Positions 50,772 to 61,302 of a stretch of DNA of 64,000 nucleotides are shown here, piece after piece. The stretch is from positions 352,001-416,000 of the forward strand of contig CAVQKE010000003.1 of NCBI GenBank assembly GCA_963713045.1, read 5' to 3'. This DNA comes from an uncultured delta proteobacterium (GTDB taxonomy: Bacteria; Myxococcota; Myxococcia; Myxococcales; Myxococcaceae). A program made the position numbers and the translations under genes. Every line of letters starts with the position of its first letter. The first letter of the stretch is position 1. The notes beneath the pieces were generated by a model, which was given only the letters and a program-made list of their open reading frames with translations, had not been told where the DNA came from and ran no database searches.

Positions 50772-52238
50772 ATGCCACGCCCTCCCCCCTCCAGCCGCCG
50801 CAGCTCCGCGCCGCGAAGGGCTGGCGCCCGCAGCGGCCAACCCGACGGCAGCCGGAAAGCACGCTCGCAACAACGGCGCCAACGACGGCGGGAGGAGGAG
50901 AGCGGCCAGAGGCCCGAGCGGCCCCTCCGGGAAGACTTGGTGACCCAGGCCTGCCTCGAAGCCTACGGCGCCATCCGCCACGAAGGGCGCTTGGCCGACC
51001 GTGCGCTGGAAGCCATCCTGCGGCCCAAGCGTCACCTCTACTCCAACGAACGCCGGGCGGTGGCCGAGCGCGTCTACGCGCTGGTGCGCCGGCAGCGCAC
51101 CGTTGACGCCTTGCTCGAGCGAACCGGACCAGCCTTTGGCCGTCTGTCCACCACCGCCCAGGACCGGCTGCGCATTGCCAGCTCCCGCGTCCTTGACGCT
51201 GAGGCGCCCGCCGCCGTCGCAGCCGGTATGGGACTCTCCCTCGGGGAGTTGGGCCTGCTGGAAGCGCTTCCGGCGGCACGCCGCTCGCTCTCGAGGCTGG
51301 CCGAGGAGGAGCGGTTCGCCCTCGAGGTGTCCTTCCCCGACGCCTTGGCGCGGGCGTGGCGGGCCGAGTACGGCGACGACGCCGCCAGGGCCGCCGAAGC
51401 TGTCAATACCCGCGCTCCCCTCACCATCCGCGCCAACACGCTGAAGACGGACCGCGAGGGACTGCGGAAGCGGCTGCGCACCGAAGGCGTGGAGGCCACG
51501 CCCACGCCGCTCAGCCCGCTCGGGCTGTTTCTCAGCGGGCATCAGAATGCCTTTGCGCTGCCCAGCTTTCGCGAAGGCCTTTTCGAAATCCAGGACGAGG
51601 GAAGCCAGCTGCTTGGACTGCTGGTCGATGCGCCGCCCACCTGCGTGGTGGATGCCTGCGCCGGGGCGGGGGGTAAGACGCTGCAATTGGCGGCGCAGAT
51701 GAAGAACCGCGGCGAACTCTTCGCCCTGGACGTCGACGCCAGGCGCCTGGACGACTTGCGCCAGCGGGCTCGCCGCGCCGGCGTCCACAACACCCGGGTG
51801 CGGCTGATTCCGGCCGAGGCGGCCGGTGCCCACGAGGCGCTGCGAGACCTGGAAGGACGTGCCGACCGCGTTCTCGTCGACGCGCCCTGCACTGGGACGG
51901 GCACCCTGCGACGCAAGCCCGACGCTCGCTACCGCTTCAGTGAGGAAGTGCTGGCCGAGGCCGTCGCCCGCCAAAGCGCCTTGTTGGAAGGGTTTGCTTT
52001 CTTGGTGAAGCCAGGCGGACGGCTGGTGTACGGCACCTGCAGCGTGCTTCGCGATGAAAACGAGGGCGTGGCGGAAGCATTTCTCGCCGGCCACCCGGAG
52101 TTCCGCCTGGTCCCGCCGGCGGACAAGCTTGGCGGGGAGCTTGGCGCCAAAGTCAGTCGCGGAAATTTTCTGCGACTTGCCACCCACCTCCACCAGACGG
52201 ATGGCTTCTTCGGGGCGACGTTTCTACGCGAGAAGTGA
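50772..52238 (+). CDS. RsmB/NOP family RNA m5C methyltransferase
   Basis: QDEGSQL, DACAGAGGKT, DAPCTGTG, YGTCS, ENE and DGFF. Confidence 0.92.
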   Translation: MPRPPPSSRRSSAPRRAGARSGQPDGSRKARSQQRRQRRREEESGQRPERPLREDLVTQACLEAYGAIRHEGRLADRALEAILRPKRHLYSNERRAVAERVYALVRRQRTVDALLERTGPAFGRLSTTAQDRLRIASSRVLDAEAPAAVAAGMGLSLGELGLLEALPAARRSLSRLAEEERFALEVSFPDALARAWRAEYGDDAARAAEAVNTRAPLTIRANTLKTDREGLRKRLRTEGVEATPTPLSPLGLFLSGHQNAFALPSFREGLFEIQDEGSQLLGLLVDAPPTCVVDACAGAGGKTLQLAAQMKNRGELFALDVDARRLDDLRQRARRAGVHNTRVRLIPAEAAGAHEALRDLEGRADRVLVDAPCTGTGTLRRKPDARYRFSEEVLAEAVARQSALLEGFAFLVKPGGRLVYGTCSVLRDENEGVAEAFLAGHPEFRLVPPADKLGGELGAKVSRGNFLRLATHLHQTDGFFGATFLREK

Positions 52239-52349
52239 GGCCGACGGCCGAGGCGGCCCGGCCAGCCCTAGGGATGACCGAGGAGGAGGCACCGCTCAAG
52301 GCACACCGGCGAGGCTGGGACGACTGCGGCCAATGGTCCAAAGGCGGCC

Positions 52350-52616
52350 CTAGCCGCCGTGCTGCGCGGCCCACTGCATGCCTTGCTGGACGTCCGAGAT
52401 GGCTCGAGCGACAAGCTCGAGCGCGCGCTCGCGGTGCCCACCCTTGTTGGGTTCGGCCTGCTCTAGCTCGCTGTGGGCGGATTGCAGCAAGGCGAGCGCG
52501 TTCTGCATGTGGGGTTGGTAGGAGGGCGGCGGCCCGCTGGCGCAGCCGGCAACAAACGCTGCCACCGCCCCTGAAACAAAACACGCCTTCCGCAGTCGGC
52601 TGGCTGAAAGGTGCAT
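52350..52616 (-). CDS. Small lipoprotein, helical hairpin (QPHM...KGGHR family)
   Basis: Lipobox FVAGC; QPHMQNAL..LQSA..EL..A..NKGGHR; paralog of the adjacent gene. Confidence 0.75.
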   Translation of the reverse strand: MHLSASRLRKACFVSGAVAAFVAGCASGPPPSYQPHMQNALALLQSAHSELEQAEPNKGGHRERALELVARAISDVQQGMQWAAQHGG

Positions 52617-52618
52617 GG

Positions 52619-52873
52619 TTACATCCCTCCAGCGAAAGCGATGCCCGCTTCCACTTCGCGGATGGCTCCCGTCACCGCCTGTTGCGCCTGAGCGCGGTAG
52701 CCGCCTTTGTTGGCTTCAGCTTGTCTCAGCTCCGCTTGGGCATTCTGCAGCGCGTTGAGCGCGTTCACCATGTGAGGTTGTCGAGGCTGAGCCAAGACGC
52801 GACCCGCCGAGAAGGCGAGTCCGAGGACCGCGAGCGTGACCAGCGGCAGACGAAACGGAGACGTCGGATGCAT
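52619..52873 (-). CDS. Small secreted protein, helical hairpin (QPHM...KGGYR)
   Basis: Signal peptide; QPHMVNAL..LQNA..EL..A..NKGGYR; GAGGAG RBS. Confidence 0.75.
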   Translation of the reverse strand: MHPTSPFRLPLVTLAVLGLAFSAGRVLAQPRQPHMVNALNALQNAQAELRQAEANKGGYRAQAQQAVTGAIREVEAGIAFAGGM

Positions 52874-53063
52874 GGCAATCTCCTCGGGTATTGGGGCTCC
52901 CCAGCTGAAGACGAGGAGTGCTGGCTTCGCTCCGAATTGTAGCTGAGCCTTCCAGGGGGGCGAATTTCCGTGGACGAGAGACAGGTGGCTCGCTGTCGTA
53001 CGCTTCGGCGTCGGGCAGCCAGGACAACGGCGCCCTTCGCCCTCGCGCTTGGTTGCGACGGAT

Positions 53064-53567
53064 TTAACGCAAGTTCAACTGGCCAAGAAAATCGCGCTTG
53101 CCCAGCTCAACGCCGTTGTGCCGAAGGATGGCGTAGGCCGTGGTGAGGTGAAAAAAGAAATTCGGCATCGCTTGCTCGATGAAATAGTCGGAGGCAGTCA
53201 TCGACTTCCCCTCCCAGCGGGGGCGGCGCACCGTTCGCGAATCCGTTCCTTCAAAGTCTTTGGCCGTAAAAGAGTCGAGATAACCGATGACCGCCGCAAT
53301 TCGACCGCGCACCTCCTCGAAAGTCTGCTCGGTGTCGGCATGAGCCGGCGGTTCCTGACCGGTGGTGAAGGCTGCGGCGAACTTGGCGTTGTCGCATGCA
53401 CTCTGGAACTGGCGAACCAGCGGAAACATGTCCGGCGCCAACCGCGCCTGGAGCAGGACATTCGGGTCGTAGCCTTTGGCGGCGGCGTGGGCGGCGGCCT
53501 TGTCCAGCCAGCCGTCCATGTTCTTCAACAGCTTCTTCATCTCGAGGAGAATTGGGAAGAGGGTCAT
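53064..53567 (-). CDS. DUF1993 family (DinB-like) protein
   Basis: RLAPDMFPL..Q, PNFFFHLTTAYAILRHNGVELGKRDF. Confidence 0.9.
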   Translation of the reverse strand: MTLFPILLEMKKLLKNMDGWLDKAAAHAAAKGYDPNVLLQARLAPDMFPLVRQFQSACDNAKFAAAFTTGQEPPAHADTEQTFEEVRGRIAAVIGYLDSFTAKDFEGTDSRTVRRPRWEGKSMTASDYFIEQAMPNFFFHLTTAYAILRHNGVELGKRDFLGQLNLR

Positions 53568-53694
53568 GGGCTGACCCTAACCAACTCCTTTCCAGCCCGC
53601 CTGGGAGAAAAGCCGAGGTCAAACCCCCGTCTGACTGCGGCACCCGCTTGGGTCAACCGTCGGCTGGGGTACAACCTGGGCGAGGCTGGAAGCC

Positions 53695-54450
53695 CTAGTG
53701 GGTGGCCGCCGCGCCCAAATAGGCGTGCTGCACCGAGGGGTCGGCCAGCAGCTGCTGGGCGGACCCAGCCAGCTTGATGTGGCCTTGCTCGATGACGTAG
53801 GCACGGTCGGCCACTTCGAGGGCCCGGTAGGCCAGCTGCTCCACCAACAACAGGGTCGTGTCCCGCGCCGCCTTGAGCCGCTCGATGAGGGCAAAGACTT
53901 CGTCGATGATGACCGGGGCGAGCCCCATCGAGGGTTCGTCGAGGAGGAGCAATCTCGGGCGGCTGAGAAGTGCCCGAGCAATGGCCAGCATCTGCTGCTC
54001 CCCACCCGACAGCGTCCCGGCCAGCTGGTCCAGCCGTTCTCGCAGCCTGGGGAAGATGGACAACAGCCGCTCGGTGTCCTCGGCCACCTCGCGCTTGTGC
54101 CCGGCACGCCGGCGCGCAAAGGCCCCCAGCACCAGGTTGTCACGCACCGACTGTTGGGCAAAGACGCGACGTCCCTCCGGCACCTGGGCCACGCCCAGCT
54201 TCACCACGCGGTGCGCGGGGACGCCGGTCAGCGGCTTTCCGTCGAAGCGCACCCGGCCACTGGTCGGCTGCAGCAGCCCGGAGATGGTCTTCATCATCGT
54301 GGTCTTTCCGGCGCCGTTGCTGCCGATGACGGCCACCAGTTCGCCCTGAGCCACGGTGAGGGAGATTCCGTTGAGGGCCCGAATCCGTCCGTAGTCGACC
54401 ACCAGTTCTTCGATGGACAACAGCGGCTCGCTTGTATGAGGTGCACTCAT
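53695..54450 (-). CDS. livF: Branched-chain amino acid ABC transporter ATP-binding protein
   Basis: GSNGAGKT, VPEGRRVF, LSGGEQQM and DEPSMGLAP. Confidence 0.92.
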   Translation of the reverse strand: MSAPHTSEPLLSIEELVVDYGRIRALNGISLTVAQGELVAVIGSNGAGKTTMMKTISGLLQPTSGRVRFDGKPLTGVPAHRVVKLGVAQVPEGRRVFAQQSVRDNLVLGAFARRRAGHKREVAEDTERLLSIFPRLRERLDQLAGTLSGGEQQMLAIARALLSRPRLLLLDEPSMGLAPVIIDEVFALIERLKAARDTTLLLVEQLAYRALEVADRAYVIEQGHIKLAGSAQQLLADPSVQHAYLGAAATH

Positions 54451-56300
54451 CCCGCCACCACCGAAGTGCGGTGGGTCCCGAGGTAGGCCTCCACCACCGC
54501 CGGGTTTTCCTGGATGAGCTTCGGCCTTCCCTCGGCAATCTTCTTGCCAAAGTCCAGGACGCTGACGTCGTCACTGACGGCCATCACCATGTCCATGTGG
54601 TGTTCAATGAGGAGGATGGACACACCGGCCGCCTTGATGCGTTGAATGAGCAGGTTGATGGCCTGAATTTCCCCAGACGTCAGGCCGGCCGCCGGCTCGT
54701 CGAGCAGGAGCAGCGTCGGGGCCAGCGCCAGCGCGCGGGCAATCTCCAACAACCTGGCCTGCCCGTAGGCCAGGTTGCGCGCCTTGTCGAACGCCGCCTG
54801 CTCGAGGCCGACAAAGCGGAGCAGCGCATAGGCCCGTACCCGCGCCTGGGCTTCCTCGCGACGGGCGCGCGGAAGGCGGAACGCCACCTCGGCCAGGGAC
54901 GCTTTGAACGAAGGGTGAAGGCCGACCATGACGTTTTCCAGCACGGTGAGGTCGCCGAACAGCTGCAGGTTCTGGAAGGTGCGGGCAATGCCGGCGCGTG
55001 CACGCTGGTGCGTCTTCAGCGGCGCCAAGTCCCGTCCGAAGCAGAACATCTGTCCGGCGGTGGGCGTGTAAAGACCGGTCAGCACGTTGACGGTGGTGCT
55101 CTTGCCGCTGCCGTTGGGGCCGATGAGACCCCGGACGGAGCCCGGTGGCACCTCCAGGTCGAGGTCCCGCAATGCAGTGAGGCCGCCGAATTTCATCTGC
55201 AGGCCTTCAAGCCGCAATGCCATCCCCTCTCCGGGCATCGCAGAACGTGGCAACGCCTCCATCCCAGTGGATTGCTGGTCAAGAGCGGCGCGCTCGGCCG
55301 CATGCTCCGGCGGGCGAAACCGAAGCCAGCCGCGGCGAACCAGGCCCACCACGCCCTCGGGGAAGAAATACAACATCACCAGGAGCACCGAGCCGTACAC
55401 CATCAAGCGGTAGTCCGCGAAGCCGCTGAACAGGTCGGGCAACACCACCACCAGGGCGGCACCCACCAGGTTGCCGGCAATGCTGCGGACGCCTCCGAAA
55501 ATCAGGGCGATGAGGAACTCGACCGAAAAGCTGTATTCAAAGGTGTTGGGGGCGACGTAGCTATCCAATTGGGAGAAGAAGGCGCCCGCCACACCCGCCA
55601 CCGCCGCCGACAGGACGAAGGCAGAAACCTTGAAGTAGCTCCGACTGATGCCGCAGCACTCGGCTGCGACGGCGCTGTATTTGATGGCCTCGAAGGCGCG
55701 CCCCCAGAAGCTGTGGGTGACGTTGTGGACGACGAAGAGCACCAGCACCAGCGCCGGGTAGACGACGTAGAGATAATTGGAACCGCTCAGCTTGAGGCCA
55801 CCGAGGTGCAGCGGCGTGAGAGTGATGCCCTTGGTGCCGTTGGTGAGGCCCTCCTGCTCGTTGATGAAGGTGTAGATGATGAGGCCATAGACAATGGTGA
55901 TGACCGCCAAGTAGGGGCCACTCGACCGCAACGCCGGAAAGCCAAGCAAGAAGCCGGCGAACGCCGACAGCAGGATGGCCGGCAGCAGCGCCACCAGGAA
56001 GGGCAGCTGAGGCCAGTGCTGGATGGTGCTGTAGGCGTCGGTGTTGAGCGCCGGGCCGGCGGTCAGTACGGCCACGGTGTAGGCGCCGATGGCGAACAGT
56101 CCGGCGTGGCCGATGGAGACGTCGCCGAGGTAGCCGACCACCAAGTCCAGCGAGGCCACCAACATGGTGTACACCAGGATTCTGGACACCATCCCCACGT
56201 AGTAGCTGTTGTCGATGGCGCGTGGGATGAGCAGCGGCAGCAGCAGGAGCAGCGGCGTCAGACGTCGCAGCAGGCTGGCCCTCAGGGTGCCGGCGCCCAT
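54447..56300 (-). CDS. Fused branched-chain amino acid ABC permease/ATPase (LivM-LivG)
   Basis: LivM-like permease N-half; C-half with GPNGSGKS, RTFQ, LAYGQ, DEPAAG, IEH and EAYLG. Confidence 0.92.
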   Translation of the reverse strand: MGAGTLRASLLRRLTPLLLLLPLLIPRAIDNSYYVGMVSRILVYTMLVASLDLVVGYLGDVSIGHAGLFAIGAYTVAVLTAGPALNTDAYSTIQHWPQLPFLVALLPAILLSAFAGFLLGFPALRSSGPYLAVITIVYGLIIYTFINEQEGLTNGTKGITLTPLHLGGLKLSGSNYLYVVYPALVLVLFVVHNVTHSFWGRAFEAIKYSAVAAECCGISRSYFKVSAFVLSAAVAGVAGAFFSQLDSYVAPNTFEYSFSVEFLIALIFGGVRSIAGNLVGAALVVVLPDLFSGFADYRLMVYGSVLLVMLYFFPEGVVGLVRRGWLRFRPPEHAAERAALDQQSTGMEALPRSAMPGEGMALRLEGLQMKFGGLTALRDLDLEVPPGSVRGLIGPNGSGKSTTVNVLTGLYTPTAGQMFCFGRDLAPLKTHQRARAGIARTFQNLQLFGDLTVLENVMVGLHPSFKASLAEVAFRLPRARREEAQARVRAYALLRFVGLEQAAFDKARNLAYGQARLLEIARALALAPTLLLLDEPAAGLTSGEIQAINLLIQRIKAAGVSILLIEHHMDMVMAVSDDVSVLDFGKKIAEGRPKLIQENPAVVEAYLGTHRTSVVAG

Positions 56301-57208
56301 TACACCTTCCGAATGGCGGCCCGACCGAAGAGGCCTGAGGGTTTGACCAGGAGCAGCAGCACCAACAGCACGAAGCCGGGGACGTCCTTGTAGCCGGTGG
56401 AGACAAAGCGGGCGGTCAGGCTCTCGGAGATACCGAGAAAGAGGCCGCCCACCACCGCCCCGAAGCCCGACTCGAGGCCACCGATGATGCTCGCGCTGTA
56501 GGCCTTCACGCCAAGCACGGTCCCCATGGTGGCGCTCACCAGGGTGATGGGAGCCACCAGCACGCCGCCCACGCAGGCGATGGCCGTCGACAACATGAAG
56601 GAGAAGAGGATGATGAACTTCTGGTTGATGCCCATCAGCGAGGCAGTGTCTCTGTCTTCGCTGACCGCCATCACCGCCTTGCCGAAGACAGTGCGACGCT
56701 TAAAGAATTCCACTCCAGCGACGATGGCCAGGCTGACCAGGATGATGAGAACTTCCTGCGGGTAGACGCCGAGCCCCCCAGACAGCGAGCCGTCCGCTTG
56801 GCGCTCGCCGAAGAAGCGCCACGGACTGTCTCCCAGTGGCGAGCGGAACTTGAAGTCGTCGGTGCTCCAGAAGACTTCGACCGCATTGCGCAGGACGATG
56901 CCGACCGCCAGCGTTGCGAGAATCCAGCCGTAGGCACTCCCCTGCTTCAGCGAAGGCTCGACCGCCACCTTCAGAAGCACCGCGCCGCCCACCACGCCCA
57001 CCAACACCACCGCCGACAGCGCAGCGAAGAAGGGCAGGCCGCGCGTCATGTAGAGGATGAAGCCGACCACTCCACCCAGCATCAGGAAGTTGCCCAGCGA
57101 GAAATTCAGCGTCTTCGAGGTGGCGAAGGTGATGTTGTAGCCAAAGGCGACCAGGGCATAAATCATCCCCTGTGCCACACCGCTGATGAGAAGCTGGAGG
57201 GTCTGCAT
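56300..57208 (-). CDS. livH: Branched-chain amino acid ABC transporter permease
   Basis: G..QG.IYAL.A.G, D..TASLMGIN and KPSGLFG. Confidence 0.9.
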   Translation of the reverse strand: MQTLQLLISGVAQGMIYALVAFGYNITFATSKTLNFSLGNFLMLGGVVGFILYMTRGLPFFAALSAVVLVGVVGGAVLLKVAVEPSLKQGSAYGWILATLAVGIVLRNAVEVFWSTDDFKFRSPLGDSPWRFFGERQADGSLSGGLGVYPQEVLIILVSLAIVAGVEFFKRRTVFGKAVMAVSEDRDTASLMGINQKFIILFSFMLSTAIACVGGVLVAPITLVSATMGTVLGVKAYSASIIGGLESGFGAVVGGLFLGISESLTARFVSTGYKDVPGFVLLVLLLLVKPSGLFGRAAIRKV

Positions 57209-57273
57209 CGGCTCGCGCCAGGGAAGCCTCGCACCACTGCCGGAGGACTGCAGCTGCGCCGCAGCGAGAGCGG

Positions 57274-58428
57274 CTACTTCGCGCGGTAGGCTCCCTCGGG
57301 CACCACCGTTCCGTTGAGCACCACGCCCATCTTCACCACCAATTCGGTCACCGCCTCGTGGTTGGTCGGGGTAAAGGGCCGCTGGTAGGTGCCGGTAATC
57401 CCGTTGAAGGGCGCCTTCAAGTTCTCCAGCGCGTCTTTAATCTTCGTTCCGTCGGTGCTCTTGGCTTGCTCGATGGCAGCCTTCAATAGGTAAAGCGAGT
57501 CGTAGCCCTGCGCCGCGGCGACAGCCACGGCGATGGGGTTTTGGTTGTACTTGACATGGTAGGTCTCGACGAACGTCTTCTGTCTGGGCTTGCTCACGTC
57601 GCCCTCAATAAACGTCAGCGGAGCAGCCGCGCCGTTTCCATTCTTCCCGGCATTGTTGATGAAGGCTTCCATCGAAATGGTCCAGCCGCCCAGCATGTCC
57701 ACCTTCCAGCCGATGCGGTCCAGGGAGTTGGCCAGTGCCGCCAGTTCGGGACCAATTCCATAGACCAACAGCACGTCGGCACCGGCCGCCTTGGCCTCCT
57801 GCACCTGCGCCGTCATGTCGGTGTCCTTAATTTTGAATTTTCCGACGCTCACCGGCGCCAGGTTCCGTTTGGCCAGCGCCGCCTTCAGCTTGGTGCAACC
57901 GCCCTGGCCGTAGTTGGTGTCGTCGCAGATGAGAGCCGGCTTCTTGTATTTGCGGACGTCGATGGCCTCACGCACAATCAGCTCGGTTTGAAGGATGTCG
58001 GAAGCGGCGATGCGGAAGATGTAATTCTCCACGCCCGGTGCGAAGTACTCATTGACCTTGGCCCCCGCCGACGCGTTGATGATGACCGGGACCTTCTTTT
58101 CGTTGGCATAGCGAGTTGAGTTGTCGGCGACTCCGGTGTTGATGGGCCCCAGGACAGCGACCACTTTCTCCTTCTCCAGAAACTCCTGCATGATTTGAGC
58201 GCCACGCTCGTTTTTCGCCTCATCATCTCGGATGACCAGGACCACTGGCTGGCCGAGGATGCCGCCCGCTTTATTGATTTCTTCCGCGGCCATCTCCACG
58301 CCGTTGCGCATCGAAACGCCCATGCCGGCCGAGCCGCCGGTGAAGGGGCCGTACACGCCCACTTTGATGTCTGCCAGCGCGGGCGCAGCAAGCAGCAGCA
58401 CCACAAGTCCCAACCGACGTCCAGTCAT
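57274..58428 (-). CDS. ABC transporter substrate-binding protein (LivJ/LivK family)
   Basis: Signal peptide; IKVG...PFTG, INKAGGILG, DD and YGQGG. AAGGAG RBS spacing favours ATG at 58428. Confidence 0.92.
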   Translation of the reverse strand: MTGRRLGLVVLLLAAPALADIKVGVYGPFTGGSAGMGVSMRNGVEMAAEEINKAGGILGQPVVLVIRDDEAKNERGAQIMQEFLEKEKVVAVLGPINTGVADNSTRYANEKKVPVIINASAGAKVNEYFAPGVENYIFRIAASDILQTELIVREAIDVRKYKKPALICDDTNYGQGGCTKLKAALAKRNLAPVSVGKFKIKDTDMTAQVQEAKAAGADVLLVYGIGPELAALANSLDRIGWKVDMLGGWTISMEAFINNAGKNGNGAAAPLTFIEGDVSKPRQKTFVETYHVKYNQNPIAVAVAAAQGYDSLYLLKAAIEQAKSTDGTKIKDALENLKAPFNGITGTYQRPFTPTNHEAVTELVVKMGVVLNGTVVPEGAYRAK

Positions 58429-58604
58429 CTTCAACGCTCCTTCTCCCCCCAGTGGACTCTTGCGGTGGTGGGCAAAGGGCGCAATGGCTTTCTCGCGGCC
58501 CCGGCCCTAGGCGAGGTGACGCGACGCGTCCAGGAAGGCCGTGAAGCCATGCTATTTCAGAGGTAAACGACGTCCCCCCCCCGGTGGCGAGGAGACCTCA
58601 ACTG

Positions 58605-60365
58605 ATGGCCGAAGCCGTGCGCTACCGCATCTGCATGCCCCGCCCGCACCACCACCTCTTCGAGGTCGAGGCGCGCTTCCCGCCCCAGGACGTCCTGGAA
58701 GCCGTGCTCCCGGTGTGGACTCCGGGAAGTTACCTCCTCCGCGAATTCGCCCGGCACGTCCAGGACGTGAGCGCCCAGGACGAGTCTGGTTCACCCCTCC
58801 ACGTCGAGCGCACCGACAAGCGTACCTGGCGTGTGGAGAGTCGAGGTCGACCGACGGTCCTGCGCTATCGCGTCTACGCCAATGAGCTCAGCGTGCGCAC
58901 CAGCCATCTGGACGGCACCCACGGGTACTTCAACGGCGCGAGTGTGTTTCTCCACGCGGAGTCGCTGCGCGCCCTTCCCCACCGAGTGCGGGTGGAGCCG
59001 CCGCCAGGCTGGAGTGTCTTCACCGCCCTCGACTGGGACGGCGGGGAGTTGGTCGCCCCGGACTACGACACGCTGGTGGACAGCCCAGTGGAGGTCGGCC
59101 CTCACCAGCCACTGTCCTTTGTCGCGGCGGATGTGCCGCACCAGGTGGTGGTGTGGGGCGAGCCTAAGCCGGATGGGCAGCGGTTGGTGACGGACTTGAA
59201 AGCGGTGTGCGAGGCGGAGGCCGCTTTCTTCGGCGGCCTTCCTCTGAAGCGCTACCTGTTCCTCATCTACCTCACCGACAAGGGTCGCGGCGGCCTCGAG
59301 CACATGGCGTCGACGGCGCTGCTCTTTGCCCGCTCTGCCCTCCAGACGCAGAAGGGCTGGGAGGACTTTCTCACCCTGGCCTCGCACGAGTATTTCCACC
59401 TGTGGAACGTCAAGCGCATCAAACCCCGGGCGCTGGTGCCATTTCGCTACGGAGAGGAGGCCTATACCCGGCTCCTGTGGGCCTTTGAGGGCACCACCTC
59501 CTATTACGACAATCTCCTCGTCCGCCGAGCCGGGTTGATGTCCCCACCGCGCTACCTCACCAGGCTCGGCGAGGCGCTGAGTGTCCTGGCCGCGACCCCT
59601 GGGCGCCGCGTGCAGACGCTCGAGGAGGCTTCGCTCACCGCTTGGGTGAAGTACTACCGCCCCGACGAGAACACGGTGAATAGCGGCGTCTCCTACTACT
59701 TGAAGGGAGAGCTGGTGGCGCTCTGTCTTGACTTGTCATTGCGCCAACTCACCGCTGATGCGCACCGCCTGGACGACGTGATGCGCCTTCTCTGGCAGCG
59801 CTATGGCGACGGTCGAGGTGTGCCGGAGGACGGCGTGGAGGCCGCGGCCGCAGAAGTCGCCGGGCAAAGCCTCAAACCATTTTTCGACCGCGCGCTGCGG
59901 AGCACCGAGGAACTCGACTTCAGTGTCCTCAGCCACGTCGGGCTGGAGGCGCTCAGCCGGGTGCGCGAGTCGGCCGGCGACCGGGGAGGCACGCCTCCGC
60001 GCGTCAAGTCCGGCGAAGCCCGCGAGCGCGGCTGGCTGGGAGTGGTGCCGCGCACCGGTGCCACCCTGGCGTCGGTGCTGGAAGGCTCGCCGGCGATGGA
60101 GGCCGGCCTCTACCCCGAGGACGAGGTTGTCGCCTTGGACGGCGAGCGCGTGGACGCGGCCGGCCTCATCTCACGCTGTGATGACCGAGCGCCGGGCACA
60201 CCCGTCACGCTGCACGTCTTTCGCCGCGACCGCCTGGTGGAAGTGAAGGCCACCTTGGGTCGCCGTCCCCTCGACGCAGTCTGGCTGGCGCGGGTGGAGA
60301 ACCCCTCCGAAGCGCAAAAAGCAAGCTACCAGCGGTGGATGGGGGCTGGCTGGGAGGACAACTGA
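58605..60365 (+). CDS. M61 glycyl aminopeptidase family metallopeptidase with PDZ domain
   Basis: [30 protein letters not shown] and C-terminal PDZ (GSPAMEAGL). Confidence 0.95.
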   Translation: MAEAVRYRICMPRPHHHLFEVEARFPPQDVLEAVLPVWTPGSYLLREFARHVQDVSAQDESGSPLHVERTDKRTWRVESRGRPTVLRYRVYANELSVRTSHLDGTHGYFNGASVFLHAESLRALPHRVRVEPPPGWSVFTALDWDGGELVAPDYDTLVDSPVEVGPHQPLSFVAADVPHQVVVWGEPKPDGQRLVTDLKAVCEAEAAFFGGLPLKRYLFLIYLTDKGRGGLEHMASTALLFARSALQTQKGWEDFLTLASHEYFHLWNVKRIKPRALVPFRYGEEAYTRLLWAFEGTTSYYDNLLVRRAGLMSPPRYLTRLGEALSVLAATPGRRVQTLEEASLTAWVKYYRPDENTVNSGVSYYLKGELVALCLDLSLRQLTADAHRLDDVMRLLWQRYGDGRGVPEDGVEAAAAEVAGQSLKPFFDRALRSTEELDFSVLSHVGLEALSRVRESAGDRGGTPPRVKSGEARERGWLGVVPRTGATLASVLEGSPAMEAGLYPEDEVVALDGERVDAAGLISRCDDRAPGTPVTLHVFRRDRLVEVKATLGRRPLDAVWLARVENPSEAQKASYQRWMGAGWEDN

Positions 60366-60432
60366 CGTCCGGCCGCCTTCGGCCCGGGCCGGCCCTACCG
60401 GCGGAGCCTTCTGGCCTGCTGTCGGCCGTTGC

Positions 60433-61302
60433 GTGTACCCTTTCTCCGACGTGGCCGCTCGCCTCGAGACGTTGCTCGCTCTTCCGCTCGGCACATTGCG
60501 CCTGCGCTTTCTCGAACGCGGTCGGGCCGTCCCGCAGGGACTGCTCGAGGCGCTGGAGACAGACGCTCGCTCCGGCGCGCGGGCGCTGGCCGACGCCATC
60601 CGCGAGCGCCGGGCCACCAACCGCGCCGAGGGCCAGCGGCTCCGCTACCTGTTGCGCTTCGAGATAGAACTCTGGGAGGCAGGGCACGTCCACGTGGCGG
60701 GGGTGGACGAGGCGGGGATGGCCCCGCTGGCCGGCCCGGTGGTGGCCGCGGCAGTCGTCCTACCGAAGGCCTACAAGCTGAGAGGCCTCGACGACAGCAA
60801 AAAGGTGCTGGACCCGGAGCGTCGCGTTCACCTCGCCGTCGCCGTGAAGCGTGACGCGCTCGCCTGGGGCGTAGGCCGCGCCGAGGTGGAGGAAGTCGAC
60901 CAGCTCAACATCTACCATGCCGGCTTGCTCGCCATGCGCCGCGCGGTGGAGGCGCTGGGGATGGTGCCGGACTTCGTCCTCGTCGACGCGCGGCGCATTC
61001 CCCACTGCCCAGCGCCGCAGCGCGGAATTGTGCATGGGGATGAGCTGTCGGCGAGCATCGCCGCCGCTTCCATCATCGCCAAGACGACGCGCGACGCGCT
61101 GATGGCCGAGTACGACCGGCAGTACCCGGGGTACGGCTTCGCCGTCCACAAGGGCTACCCCACACCCCAACACGAGGCGGCCTTGCGTAGCCTCGGCGCC
61201 TGCCCGCTGCACCGCCGCAGTTTCGCGCCCGTCCGACAGGCGCTCGGCCTCGAGCCAGAGCAGGGGTCTCTCTTCGAGACGTCACCCGCGCCCGCCGGTT
61301 GA
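60433..61302 (+). CDS. rnhB: Ribonuclease HII with N-terminal extension
   Basis: [30 protein letters not shown] and HKGYPT. Confidence 0.95.
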   Translation: MYPFSDVAARLETLLALPLGTLRLRFLERGRAVPQGLLEALETDARSGARALADAIRERRATNRAEGQRLRYLLRFEIELWEAGHVHVAGVDEAGMAPLAGPVVAAAVVLPKAYKLRGLDDSKKVLDPERRVHLAVAVKRDALAWGVGRAEVEEVDQLNIYHAGLLAMRRAVEALGMVPDFVLVDARRIPHCPAPQRGIVHGDELSASIAAASIIAKTTRDALMAEYDRQYPGYGFAVHKGYPTPQHEAALRSLGACPLHRRSFAPVRQALGLEPEQGSLFETSPAPAG

